Shown in pieces: positions 42,601 through 54,517 of a DNA stretch of 64,000 bases. Made by a program: the position numbers and the translations under genes. The stretch's first letter is position 1. The number at the start of each line of letters is the position of its first letter. Below the pieces are notes generated by a model. It was given only the letters and a program-made list of their open reading frames with translations, did not search any database and was not told the DNA's origin. The DNA is taken from NCBI GenBank assembly GCA_002104945.1, contig MCFH01000024.1, positions 682,001-746,000 on the forward strand, read 5' to 3'. The DNA comes from Piromyces finnis finn. Taxonomy: Eukaryota > Fungi > Neocallimastigomycota.

Positions 42601-45600
42601 TCAAGGATGTTAAGTGAAAATAGTCTAGTAGACTCAATCAATAAATTAAACGATTCCATAAGTAATGAAAATTCAGTTATAAATATTTTAATGAATAATA
42701 ATCTTGTTAATATTAATGATTCAGGAAAATATAGTATTTCCAACTTAGTAAAACTCTTTACTAATAAAAACAACGATAATACTTGTAATGAAACTATATC
42801 TAATATATTTCTTCATATATCTTATTTATATTATTTTCTTTTTTTTAATTAGTCTATACTAAAAATAATTTTTAATAATATATATTAAATTGAAAATATA
42901 TTTAGGTAAGATGTCATCATCAAATTCATTGTCTCAACAACCAATGACATCGTTAGAAAAACTACTAAAACCACCACCTCCTCCAATGATAGGAGGAATA
43001 CCACCACCACCACCACCTCCTCCTCCAGGAGGAGTGCTACCTCCACCACCAATTCCAATGATAGGAGGAATACCACCACCACCACCTCCTCCTCCAGGAG
43101 GAGTGCCACCTCCACCACCAATTCCAATGACAGGTGGAATTCCACCTCCACCAGGTTTAATGAATGATAACATAATGCCCAAACGAAATCCATGTGTTCG
43201 CCTTAAATCATTCAACTGGACAAAACTTGATAACAGAAAAATTGATAGTACAATATGGAAAGAAATTAATGAAGATGAAAATAATACAATTCTTGACTCT
43301 ACATGGAAATTAAATATAGAAGAAATATTTTCAGAAAAAATTAAAACAAAAAAGGAAAAAAATAATGGAAATACAAATATCGACTCAAGTATATGATATT
43401 TTATATAATAAATTCAAAAATTATTATATAATTTATTTAAAAATTAATATATTTTTATTTTTTATTACTATAATATAATATATTAGACAAAAAGTCAAAG
43501 ATTACTTTCCTAAATAGCAGAAGATCTCAAAACATTGATATTGCTCTTAAAGGTATTAAATTAACTCCTGAAATAATTAAAACAGCAATATATGAGTGTG
43601 ATATTAATATATTATCACGCGACGCACTCACAGAACTAAAAAAACTTGTTCCCCAAGATGATGAAGTAATATTAAAAAGAAACAATATTATAATATATAT
43701 TATAAATTAGAAATAATTGATAATTTTCAATATTAAATAATCATATTAATTTTTATTATTAGATTAAATTAGTTAAGGAGTTTGAATCAAAAAAAGAAAA
43801 ATTAGCAAACGCAGAAAAATTCTTAATGGAATGTGTACAAATTGATAATTATTCAAATAGGTTAGATTCTTTATATACAAAAAGTTCATACGATGAACTA
43901 TACGATGATGCTAGTTCATTAATTACATCTATAAAAAATGCATCATTTGAAGTCAGGAATAGTTATAAAGTTAAACAACTATTATCAGTATGTATTAAAA
44001 CATTAACTAAATTATTAAACAATATTACAGCGTATTTATATTTTTTTCTTTTATTAATTATATTTATTTTCAGATCATTTTATCCATAGGTAATTATCTT
44101 AATACGGGTCAAAGAGGGGGCGCATACGGTTTTAAACTTAATGCCCTAACAATGATTATATTTACGAAATCATCAATAGATAATAGAAATTATTCATTAA
44201 TGAACTTTTTAGTAGACTTTGTTGAAACGAAATATCCTAGTTTATTAAGTTTAAGCGAAGATATGCCAAGTATTGTCGATGCTGGAAGAGGTAAAAAAAG
44301 AAAAATTTATAATTAAAAATGTAATTTTTTTATAAAGGAATTTATAAATTAATTAATTTTTATCAATATATAATTAATATAAAAAAAGTAAATATGAAGG
44401 ATATTAATGTTATAATGACTGATATCAATAAAAAATTGAGTGGTGTTAATGATACATTAAAAAAAATCAAAGAAAATTATCAAAAGAAGTTAAAAGAAAT
44501 TTTTTTAAACGATTTTAATGCATATTATGATTATATTAAAGATGAAATTGTAGACGAAATAGAGGAATTAAAATCAAAAGAAGATGAAGATAAAAATGAA
44601 AATAAGAATTCCAAAAAGAATAGATTTACATCCATATTAAAATTTGTAAAAAATAAGAATAAAAATAATAAGGAAAAGAAAAACAAAAAATCTAATGCTG
44701 AAGATGAAAATATAAATAATGACAATGAAATTGGAAATGAAAATCAAAGAGATAATGCTGAACTAATTGATGAAGAAAATATAACTGATTTAACAAATCT
44801 TATCACTGATGATGAAAAGGTTAAAAAAGAAATTGAAGAATATAAAATTGACACAACAAAAGAAAAATTCAAAACTGAAATTGTAAAGAGATTTAATGAT
44901 AAGTTCATATCAATTATGCAACCATTTTATGATGAATCAATCATAAATTATGAGAAATTAAAAAATCTATTAAAAGAAGCAAATGAAGATTTTGAAAATC
45001 TTTGTATATTATTTGGAGAAGATCCGGAAAGTACAGAACCATGTGAATTATTTACTTTATTTAATGATTTTTGGAGACAGTTCCAAGTAAGTATTATTAT
45101 ATATACATATATATTTTCTTTTACCAAAAATAAATAATTATATAAATAGTTTTATAAAATATTTAATAATATTAAAATATTAAATTAATTATAATTATAG
45201 ACTGCTAAAAAAGAAAATGCACTTTATAAAGAAAAGAAAGAAAGAGAAAAAGAAAGAGAATTAAAATTAAAAGAAAAGAAATTAATGGAAAAAGACAATT
45301 ATTCTCAATCCAAAAATATATCTGACCAAATTATTGATAACATTATTGATTCAATCCGTTCTGGAAGTGCTTTTGCTCCAAGTAAAAAGAAACTAAAACA
45401 AAATAGTAATGATGGTAATAGTAATGACAATAGCAACAGCATTAATGATAATGAAAATAAAAATAAAGAACAAGAGGTATTAAATGATGAAAAAAATAAT
45501 TCTCATTTAACAAATAATAATATTAGAAACCAATATAGATTCCAACAATTGCAAAATAGTTTGAATAATCTCACAAAACATGAGAATGCAACATCGTCCA

Positions 45601-45764
45601 ATGTTATATTAAACATGAAAGATGATAATAAATCTAATAACAAATTAAATATATGTGACTTTAATTCAAAAAGTATTATTGAATTATCAGCAATAAATAA
45701 TGATGTTGCTAAATGTTTGTGTAAAATTGCTGATAATGAAAAATGCAAAGATGTTGATATATAA
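36659..45764 (+). CDS. Diaphanous-related (DAAM-like) formin 1: GBD/FH3 - giant repeat insert - FH1 - FH2 - DAD, multi-exon
   Basis: GBD/FH3 [34 protein letters not shown] and YWLIISKIINQVIIQEENGNPDPD (DAAM-like). Poly-Pro FH1 at 42970-43155. FH2 LKSFNWTKL, RRSQNIDIAL, GNYLNTGQRGGAYGFKL and FTKSS. DAD IIDNIIDSIRSGSAF. Confidence 0.93.
39260..42784 (+). other. Giant intron-free exon of formin 1 encoding about 20-25 degenerate 35-41 aa helix + beta-hairpin repeats
   Basis: Open frame from acceptor taatag|AT GAA (39260), continuous with ORF 39382-42852. Recurring motif I/L-x-x-I-x-x-x-L-x-x-x-x-L/I-I-x(4-7)-Y-x-I/L-N. Likely donor ACT T|gtaatg at 42785. Confidence 0.8.
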
Positions 45765-47328
45765 AAAATTTAAAAAAAATATAACATTAATTTTTTTTAA
45801 TTATTATCATGCTTATCATGTTTTCATCATTAAAATTATATTTATTAAAAAAAAACAAATAAGTATGTAATATATATAACATTTATAATAAATATCTTTG
45901 AAATTTTAATAAAAACTGCTATTGTATAATTAAATTGTATTTTATATTTTATTCTTCCTCTTAAAAAGATTTAATTTACTTAATTTGAATATTAAATAAT
46001 GCGGTTCAAAACGATTGAACATAATATTTAGTTAATATATTGAAAATATTAAGATTTTTGTTTTAAGAAAAATGATTAATAAGAAAATTTTATAAATCTC
46101 CGAAACTGTAAAAAAAATTGAAATAATCATTTCTTTTCTTAAAATTTTAAAATTAAAATAATGTACAATAAAATTATCAATTTAAAAAAAAATTAAATAT
46201 AAATTTTCAGAAAATAAATATATCCTATTAATCTAATTTATGAAATAAATATATTTAAATGTAATGTGTTCTTTTAATTTTCTTCTGTTGTTTTAGTATA
46301 ATTTTTTATTATACATAAATTCTAAATAAATTTAAAAAGTAATATAATAATATTACATTTTTTTTTTTTTGTTTTTTTGTTTTTTGATTTTTTTTTTTTT
46401 TTTATTCATTTGTTTTTAAAAAATCTAAAATATTTACTAAATTAAAAAAATTATTAAACCTAAGTATAAATGATATTTACTTTAAACCAACATTTTCTAA
46501 TGTAAATAATGAATTTAAAATAGATAAAATTGAAATTTTATTATATAGTTAAATTTTAAATTAATAAAGTTTTGATAATTTCGACTTTCTTATTTAATTA
46601 AATTATGTTGTTTTGAAAAATATATATATATATAACCTATTATATTATTATTTTTTACTATTAAATTTTCTTGGAATAAATTAATAAATATTTTTTTTTA
46701 AAAAAAGGGAAATAAAAGTTATACTAATATACCCTTTATATATACATATATAAAAACTTTGTAATATAAACAAAATACTAATATAATATTTATTATTTAA
46801 AGGTAAATTTTTTAGAAGACATATTCATGTATATATATATAATTTATTGTAGTACATCAAATAAAACATCTATGATAATAGTATTCAATACAACCTGAAT
46901 ATAAAATATATATTTTTAAAATATATTTATAATTTCAAAATGATATTTTATAATATGAAAATCATTTAAAATGGGTTAGTAATACAGAAAAAAAAAAAGC
47001 TATATATGTATATATGTATATATATTTACAACCCTATAATATTAAAATAACAGAATAAATATAAAATTTAAAAATGTTTTGATGATACTTTCAGAGATAT
47101 ATTATAATAAATAGTATCACGGTTTTTAACATACTACTTGTCTTTATTAAAAAATAACATATACTAATGGAATTAAAAATTTTATATAATCATAAAAAAT
47201 TTTTAAACTATATACTAATAATACAAATTTATTAAAAGTCAAAGATAATAAACAGTTTGAATATAAGAAACACAAAGTATTAAAAAAATACAAGTACATA
47301 GGGTTTTATTTTATAGTTACTCCTCAAT

Positions 47329-49744
47329 ATGGGTAATGATAATTCAAAAACCTCAACTGAAGATGTTAGCCCAAAATCTAATATACATGGATCACATACT
47401 AATGTGAATTCAGGACATGGCCATAATGGTCATAAGAGAAAGAAGGATATTAAAGTAATTAATACGGAGGAAATTAGTCCAAATAGCCTAAAAATGGAAA
47501 ATAAACCTATGCCGCCAATAGATGAACTGGTACAAATGTTTGAATTATTAATGGTAATTTTACAGAAATTAAAATTAATATGTACATATACAATTTCTAA
47601 ATAATATATATAAATAATTTTGTAATATTATATAGGATGAAATCAATATTCCAAGTAGTAAAAAAGAAGATTTAAGAAATAGAACAAATGAACAGAAATG
47701 GATGATGATTCAATCACATATTAGTGATAGAGGAGTAATATATTAATAATACATATATATAATATTATATATTAAGAAAATATATAAATATTTAAATACT
47801 TTATAATAATATAATATTAAATATATTATTATTTTATAATTCGAATATGATTATATACAAAATTCATTTTATAATGTTATGTATACTCAAATAAAATATA
47901 CCAAAAAAAAAATAATATATATATATATAAAATTATATTATTAAAATTCGAAAACAAAAGGGAGGTGATCAAAAAGATGTTGTAGAATGTACAAAAATTA
48001 TTGAAGAAATTAAAACAGCACCAAGTGTTCAAAATTTAAAAAATTTAGCCATTTTATTACGATCTCAACCTATCAGTTGGGTTGCAGCATTTGTTGAAGG
48101 AGATGGTTTAGCTGTATTATTACAAAATCTAAGAGATATTAGAGAAGTGGAATATGAGTAAAATATTAATAGGATTAGTTATAATATTATTATTTATAAA
48201 TATATATTAAAAAATAATAACAAAATATATATTTATAAATTATTATAATTATTTGTTAAAATAAAAAATAAAGAAAGAATACTGAATTAGAAGAGCTATA
48301 CATTAAATGTTTGAAATCTTTCATGAACAATAAAGTAATAAATAAAAAGATTTCAAATTTGAAATAATTATTTAATTAACAACCAATATTATATATTACA
48401 TATATATAAATAGATTGGTTTAACTGCTATTATAGAAACTCCAGAATCTTTGCTTACCATTACTATGTCATTGCTCTCACCTTCATCGAGAACACAAGCA
48501 CTTGTATTAGATATTCTTAGTGCTGTCTGCCTTATTGCCCATGATAGTACTTTAAAAGCAATTACTGATTTTTCAGAACAAGTTAGGGAATTTCATAGAT
48601 TTGAAACCGTTGTTCATTGCTTAGAAAAAACACTTCACCATAAAGATGAAAGAAGTGAAATTGCTGCTGCTAAAGATTTACAAGTAAAATATATGTTTTT
48701 TATTAAATAATTTAAAATTATATTATATTATTCATAATTTTCTTATATCGCAAATTATATTTTATAATAAACTAATATGTATATTGGAATATAATATTAA
48801 AAAGCTGGCTTGTCTTTCTTTTATTAATTCAATTATTTGTGGTGTAAGTAATAATGATATTGAATTCAGAATGCATATTCGTTATGAATTTCTAACTTTG
48901 GGGATTGAAAATGTTTTTGACGTAAGTATCATAATAAAAATATAAATAATAATTATCATTCAAATAATTTTTAATTTATACTATAATATTTACATTTACA
49001 TATATTTATTGTTATAAATACCATTATAATTAAATATATTTATAATAATTTACAGGCTATTTCTGAAACTAGTGAAAACAAATTGGTTCATACTCAAATA
49101 GATGTTTTTAGAGATGTTATGGAAAGAGATGATGAACAATTATATAATAAATATGAACTTAAAATAAAGAACATGGATTTAGATAATCCATCTGAAGTAT
49201 ATAAAATTTTAGAAAAAACTTTAAGGAATACGAACTGTTGGGCTTATGTAATTGACGTTTTCAAACATTATTTATTAATTCCTTCAAATACAATGTTAAG
49301 GTATTGTTTAATTTATAAGAGCATAAAATTAAATATTTTATAAATTTTTAAATATAATTAAATATAATTTTATATTTATTTAAAATAAATTATCATTTGT
49401 ATACTGCGTGATTATAATTTTTAATCAATATAAGAGCAAAATATTGGCAGATTATTTCTAAATTACTAACACAATTAGTATTACAAAAAGAAAATGAAGA
49501 TCCTGATCCAAGTCAAGCTCTTATTCATATAAATTATAAAACAATTATTAATGATCTGGAAGATGACAATAAAGCGAATATTTTAGATCTTAAAGAAGAG
49601 CTAAAAAAAGCAAGAGAAGCAAATAAAAAAAGAGAAAAGGACTATGAAAATCAAATTGAAGAATTAAATAAAAATATGAGTATGTAAAATTCATTTCATT
49701 TAATTTTCATTTTCATTTTATATATTATCCATTTATAAAATAAT

Positions 49745-49775
<31 letters not shown>

Positions 49776-52700
49776 TATTTATGAAAATTCTTCATTAAGA
49801 AACAACAACTGAGGAATTAGATGAGTACAAAAAATTAACAGGAGATAAAAAAGAATTGATTTCAATATTAAAAGAGCAAAATAATAAATATGAAAAATTA
49901 TTAAAAGAAAAATTTACAAATGCAGAAGAAGCTGAAAAAATTATTGAAAAAATAAAAACTGAATTCAAGGGACCATTAACAATTGGTGTATCATTAAAAG
50001 ATATGAAGCCAAATGAGTCTAGCACAACACCTGTTGCTCCTACAAAAATTGGTGCTTCAGCTCCTCCTCCTCCACCACCACCTCCAGTTGAAGGAGGTGT
50101 TACCCCACCACCACCACCACCTCCTCCTCCAGTTGAAGGAAGTATTACTACTTCTATACCTCCTCCTCCACCAAATCCAATGGGTTGCACTACTAATGTC
50201 CCACCACCACCACCAATGCCAGGTATGGGTGGTGCTCCACCACCTCCTCCACCAATGCCAGGTATGAGCGGTGTTCCTCCTCCTCCACCAATGCCAGGTA
50301 TGAGCGGTGTTCCTCCTCCTCCACCAATGCCAGGTATGAGCGGTGTTCCTCCTCCTCCACCAATGCCAGGTATGAGCGGTGTACCTCCTCCTCCACCAAT
50401 GCCAGGTATGAGCGGTGTACCTCCTCCTCCACCAATGCCAGGTATGGGTGGTGCTCCTCCTCCTCCTCCAATGCCAGGTATGGGTGGTGCTCCTCCTCCT
50501 CCTCCAATGCCAGGTATGGGTGGTGCTCCTCCTCCTCCTCCAATGCCAGGAATGGGTGGTGCTCCTCCTCCTCCTCCAATGCCAGGAATGGGCGGTCCTC
50601 CTCCTCCTCCAATGCCAGGTATGGGTGGTCCTCCTCCTCCTCCAGGATTTGCCCCTCCTCCTCCAATTCCAGGTATGGGATATGCAGCTTATCCTGGAAT
50701 GATGATGAATAACGGTATTTAACATGTTTAAATTATCAATTAACAAGATTTTCATATAATATTAGTTTTTTATAATTTTAATTAATAATATTTATATTTA
50801 AAAAATTAATAATAATAAAAAGGTTTACCTCAAAAAGTTTCAAGAAGAACTCCTGGTGTTAATTTAAGAGCATTGAATTGGGTAAAATTGGATAATGCTA
50901 TGATCAGTAAAACAATTTGGAAAGATCTTGACGAAAAAGATATTGATAAAAACTTTGATAATACATGGAAATTAGAATTCGAAACAATTTTTGCTTCAAA
51001 GACTGTTGGAGGTACTAAAACTGCAAAAGATCAAACTGTACAAGCACGTAAGAATACAAAAAAAAATTATTTAGTTTATATTAATTAAAGCTTTTAACGA
51101 ATAAACATTATTATTTTTTTCTATTTTTCTATCTTCATTTAGCTAAAAAAGTTGAAATTACTTTCTTGGATGGAAAACGTTCACAAAATTGTAGTATGTA
51201 TTTATTCCTCTTTTTTCTCTCACTTTCTCTTTAAATATATATATATATTTAGGATATTATTTATAACTTCTTAAAAATTAATAACTAATATGAATTATCT
51301 ATTAAAAAATAAGATATTATGTTAAAGCATATTAAGCTAAATCCTATTGAGAAAATTGTCCAAATTATTTATGAATGTGATGAAACCATTCTTACTAAAG
51401 ATTTGATCTTAGAATTACAAAAATTCATTCCAAGCAATGATGAGGTATATTAATATCAATTATTTAAGTAAATATATATTTAATGATTTTTATTAATTTA
51501 TTTTTTTTATTTCTTATGATATGTGCCATACTAAAATTTAAGGTTAATATGATTAAAGAAAATATTGCAAATAAAGCACAAATGGCAACGGCTGAAAGAT
51601 ATTTAACAGAATGTTCAACAATCAGTTTTTATGAAGATAGATTAAAAGCTTTATATACAAAATATTTCTTTGATGAATTGTACGATGATGCAAGTTCAAT
51701 GGTTACATCATTAAAGGGTGCAACTAACGATATAAAGAATAGTAAAAAAGTCAAGGAATTATTAAATGTATAAATCTTTCAAACTTTTATCAAAATATAT
51801 CAATCTCAAGAAGATTAATCAAATACTAATAAATATTTAATATTATTATTTATTATTGTTGTTATTTATCTTAAAAAAATTTAAAGATTATTTTATTATT
51901 AGGTAATCATTTAAATACTGGAAGAAGAGGAAATGCCTACGGTTTCAAATTAGAAAGTATATTAAAATTAATTGATACTAAATCTAATATGGATGGTAGA
52001 AAGTATACATTACTTCACTATTTATGTGATCTGGTTCAAAATAAGTTCCCTGAGTTATTAAATTTACATGAAGAATTAACTAACATTGAAGAAGGATCAA
52101 AAAGTAAAAATAAATATATTAATAGTATTATTATATTCATAATCACTTATATATTACATTTATTTTTAATAATTGATATTATATAAAAGTTACTATTCCT
52201 GATATTAGACAAGTACTAACTTCTATAAGAGTTGGTTTAAAGGATGTTGAAACAGCATTAAATAAGATTGAAAAGGCTAAAGAATTAAAAAAAGAAGAAC
52301 CTCCATTCCCTGATAAATTCCCTGATATGATGCAAGATTTCTATAAAGAAGCAAAAGAACATTATGACAAATTAAATAAACAATTAGATGATGTTGAAGA
52401 AAACTATAAAGATTTATGTAATAAGTTCGGTGAAGATCCAAGTAAAATGTCTCCAGAAGAATTTTTCGGTATATTTAAAAACTTCTGGAACCAATTTCAA
52501 GTAAATATATTAATGACAATGAGATTTTATAATTTATTTTCAATTATAAAGTATATTTTTCTAATAAAATAAAAATTATTATTAATGAAATAAATAGCAA
52601 GCGAAAAAAGAAAATGAAGTATATGATGCCAAGAAAAAAGAGGAGGAAAAGCAAGCCAAGAAAAAAGAAGAGCAAAAGCAAGCTAAGAATAAGCGTAATA

Positions 52701-52981
52701 AGGCAGTACAAGATACTAAAGGATTTACTGATGAAATTAGTGATGAAAAAGAACATTCACCAACTGGAAATAAGGTTGAAGAAAAAGCTCTTGATGATAT
52801 TATTAACTCCATTCGTACTGGTAGTGCTTTTAATTCAAGCCCAAAAAAGAAACCTGGTGCATCTTCTCGTGTAGGAGATAAAAAAGACCCAACAAGAATG
52901 AGCGCTAAAAAATTACAAAGTGTGGATGCCCCAAAAGATCAAACCAATAACGTAGCTAAATCAGTAAATTTTCAAGCTTAA
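47329..52981 (+). CDS. Diaphanous-related (DAAM-like) formin 2: GBD/FH3 - FH1 - FH2 - DAD, multi-exon; tandem paralog of formin 1
   Basis: [17 protein letters not shown]|DEINIP...EQKWMMI (DAAM-like GBD), [31 protein letters not shown] and [24 protein letters not shown]. Long FH1. FH2 [15 protein letters not shown]|[21 protein letters not shown] and [24 protein letters not shown], ending NFQA* at 52981. Confidence 0.95.
50201..50630 (+). repeat. 36-bp coding tandem repeat forming the FH1 of formin 2 (PPPPPMPGM[SGV/GGA] x12)
   Basis: atgccaggtatg recurs every 36 nt (e.g. 50291 and 50327). There are 12 PPPPPMPGM units in blocks of GGA, SGV x5, GGA x4 and GG x2. Confidence 0.95.
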
Positions 52982-54517
52982 TGCATCATATAAAGATTTT
53001 AGTTTTAAGATTTTTTTATATTCATTATAAAAATTTTGTAATGTTAAAATAATTGATCTATAGTCAATTTAAATTATAATTACATTCATATATAATAATT
53101 CATTCAAACTTTTAAATTTCAATTCATTAATTCCACAAATATTACTAAATATTACATAATATGTAATATAATATAAAATACTGTATAATGATGCATCAAT
53201 AATTTTGTTTTTAAAGACTTAATAGATTTACATAAAAATTAATTTAAATATCTTTAAAATATATATATATATGATTTAAACAGAAATATGATATTTTTAT
53301 GACACCAATTCCATAATAAATTTTATTATCTAATTATTTAATAGAAATAGATATATTGTAAACAAAAGAAAAAATATATATATTTTAATACTCATATACA
53401 AAATTAAGTTTATTTTATCTTAATAGTTTTAATAAATAAAATTTATTATATTATTTCTTAACCCTTTCGAGGTTCCATTAAAATTGAAATATTTTAAAGT
53501 ATAAAAGTATTAAGAACTCATATTTTATTTTATTTTATATTTATATCTTCATTATTTTTATTTATTATTTATTATATAAATACGTATTATCACCTAATTT
53601 AATGTAAAATTATAAATTAAATAAATATACACTAATAAAAAAAATTGATAGACTAATAATAATGAACTATTCAAAATCAAGCAATCTATTATAATCACTA
53701 CTAGCCCATTCTCTAAATTTTTTCTTATTACATTTTAAATTTAGTACTTCAATTATGTATTTCCTGAAACATAGATAGTTGAAATTCTAAAAAAAAAGAA
53801 AATAGTATTTAATCTTCCGAACTACACTTTCCGTCAATAGACGTGCTAACTCTAAAGTTCATGGCATGAAAATTTTATATCATTAATGATACTATTTTAG
53901 CATTTTAGAATTAGAGAGATATACCATCAATAATATTAACTTCCCACAAACTAAATGACCCGCAAACTTGTCACCTTCGATAGCATATTATTATTATAAA
54001 AATCTTCAATATAAAATTTTCTAGAATGAGTATTAAATATAAATGAAGTTTCTTTTGGTATTAATAAATATACAATTATTATCGATTAACCCATTAACTT
54101 TTAATAAAACTCCATGATAAATAAATTCAAAGTTATTAAAATATAATATAGTATCAAAATATGAAATTATACAAATCACTTTTAAAATAAATACAACGTT
54201 TTTTTTAATTACTAGAAGAGGTATATTTAGAATCCTTAATATTTAAAAATTAATATTAAAAAAATTATTAATCAGAAGATTCCAAATTAGCCTAAATTAT
54301 TAAAAATACTAATAAAAATTGAAATATATAATATTTCATTTATCATAATCCTAAAATACACAATCTATAATGTAATAATATTTAATATAAAAATAAAAAT
54401 AAATAATTTATAAAAGTTTATTAAACTATATAAAATAAATTTACTAATTCGATATATAATAAAATATATATATATAATATAAATAATATATTATACATAT
54501 TTTTTTTTCTTTACTAC

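Noticed and set aside
42885-43215. Minus-strand Gly-rich and Val/Glu-rich ORFs
   Set aside because: These are antisense shadows of the formin 1 FH1.
50013-50755. Overlapping ORFs with WRRRR/EEEEH repeats (50057-50755, 50193-50666, 50013-50267, 50415-50702)
   Set aside because: These are antisense or alternative-frame shadows of the poly-Pro FH1 repeat of formin 2.
53811-53870. Minus-strand VSTSIDGKCSSED, reminiscent of a CBM18 chitin-binding start, within a slightly GC-richer patch
   Set aside because: It stops immediately and lacks the CCS..G.CG cysteines. At best it is an unidentifiable relic.
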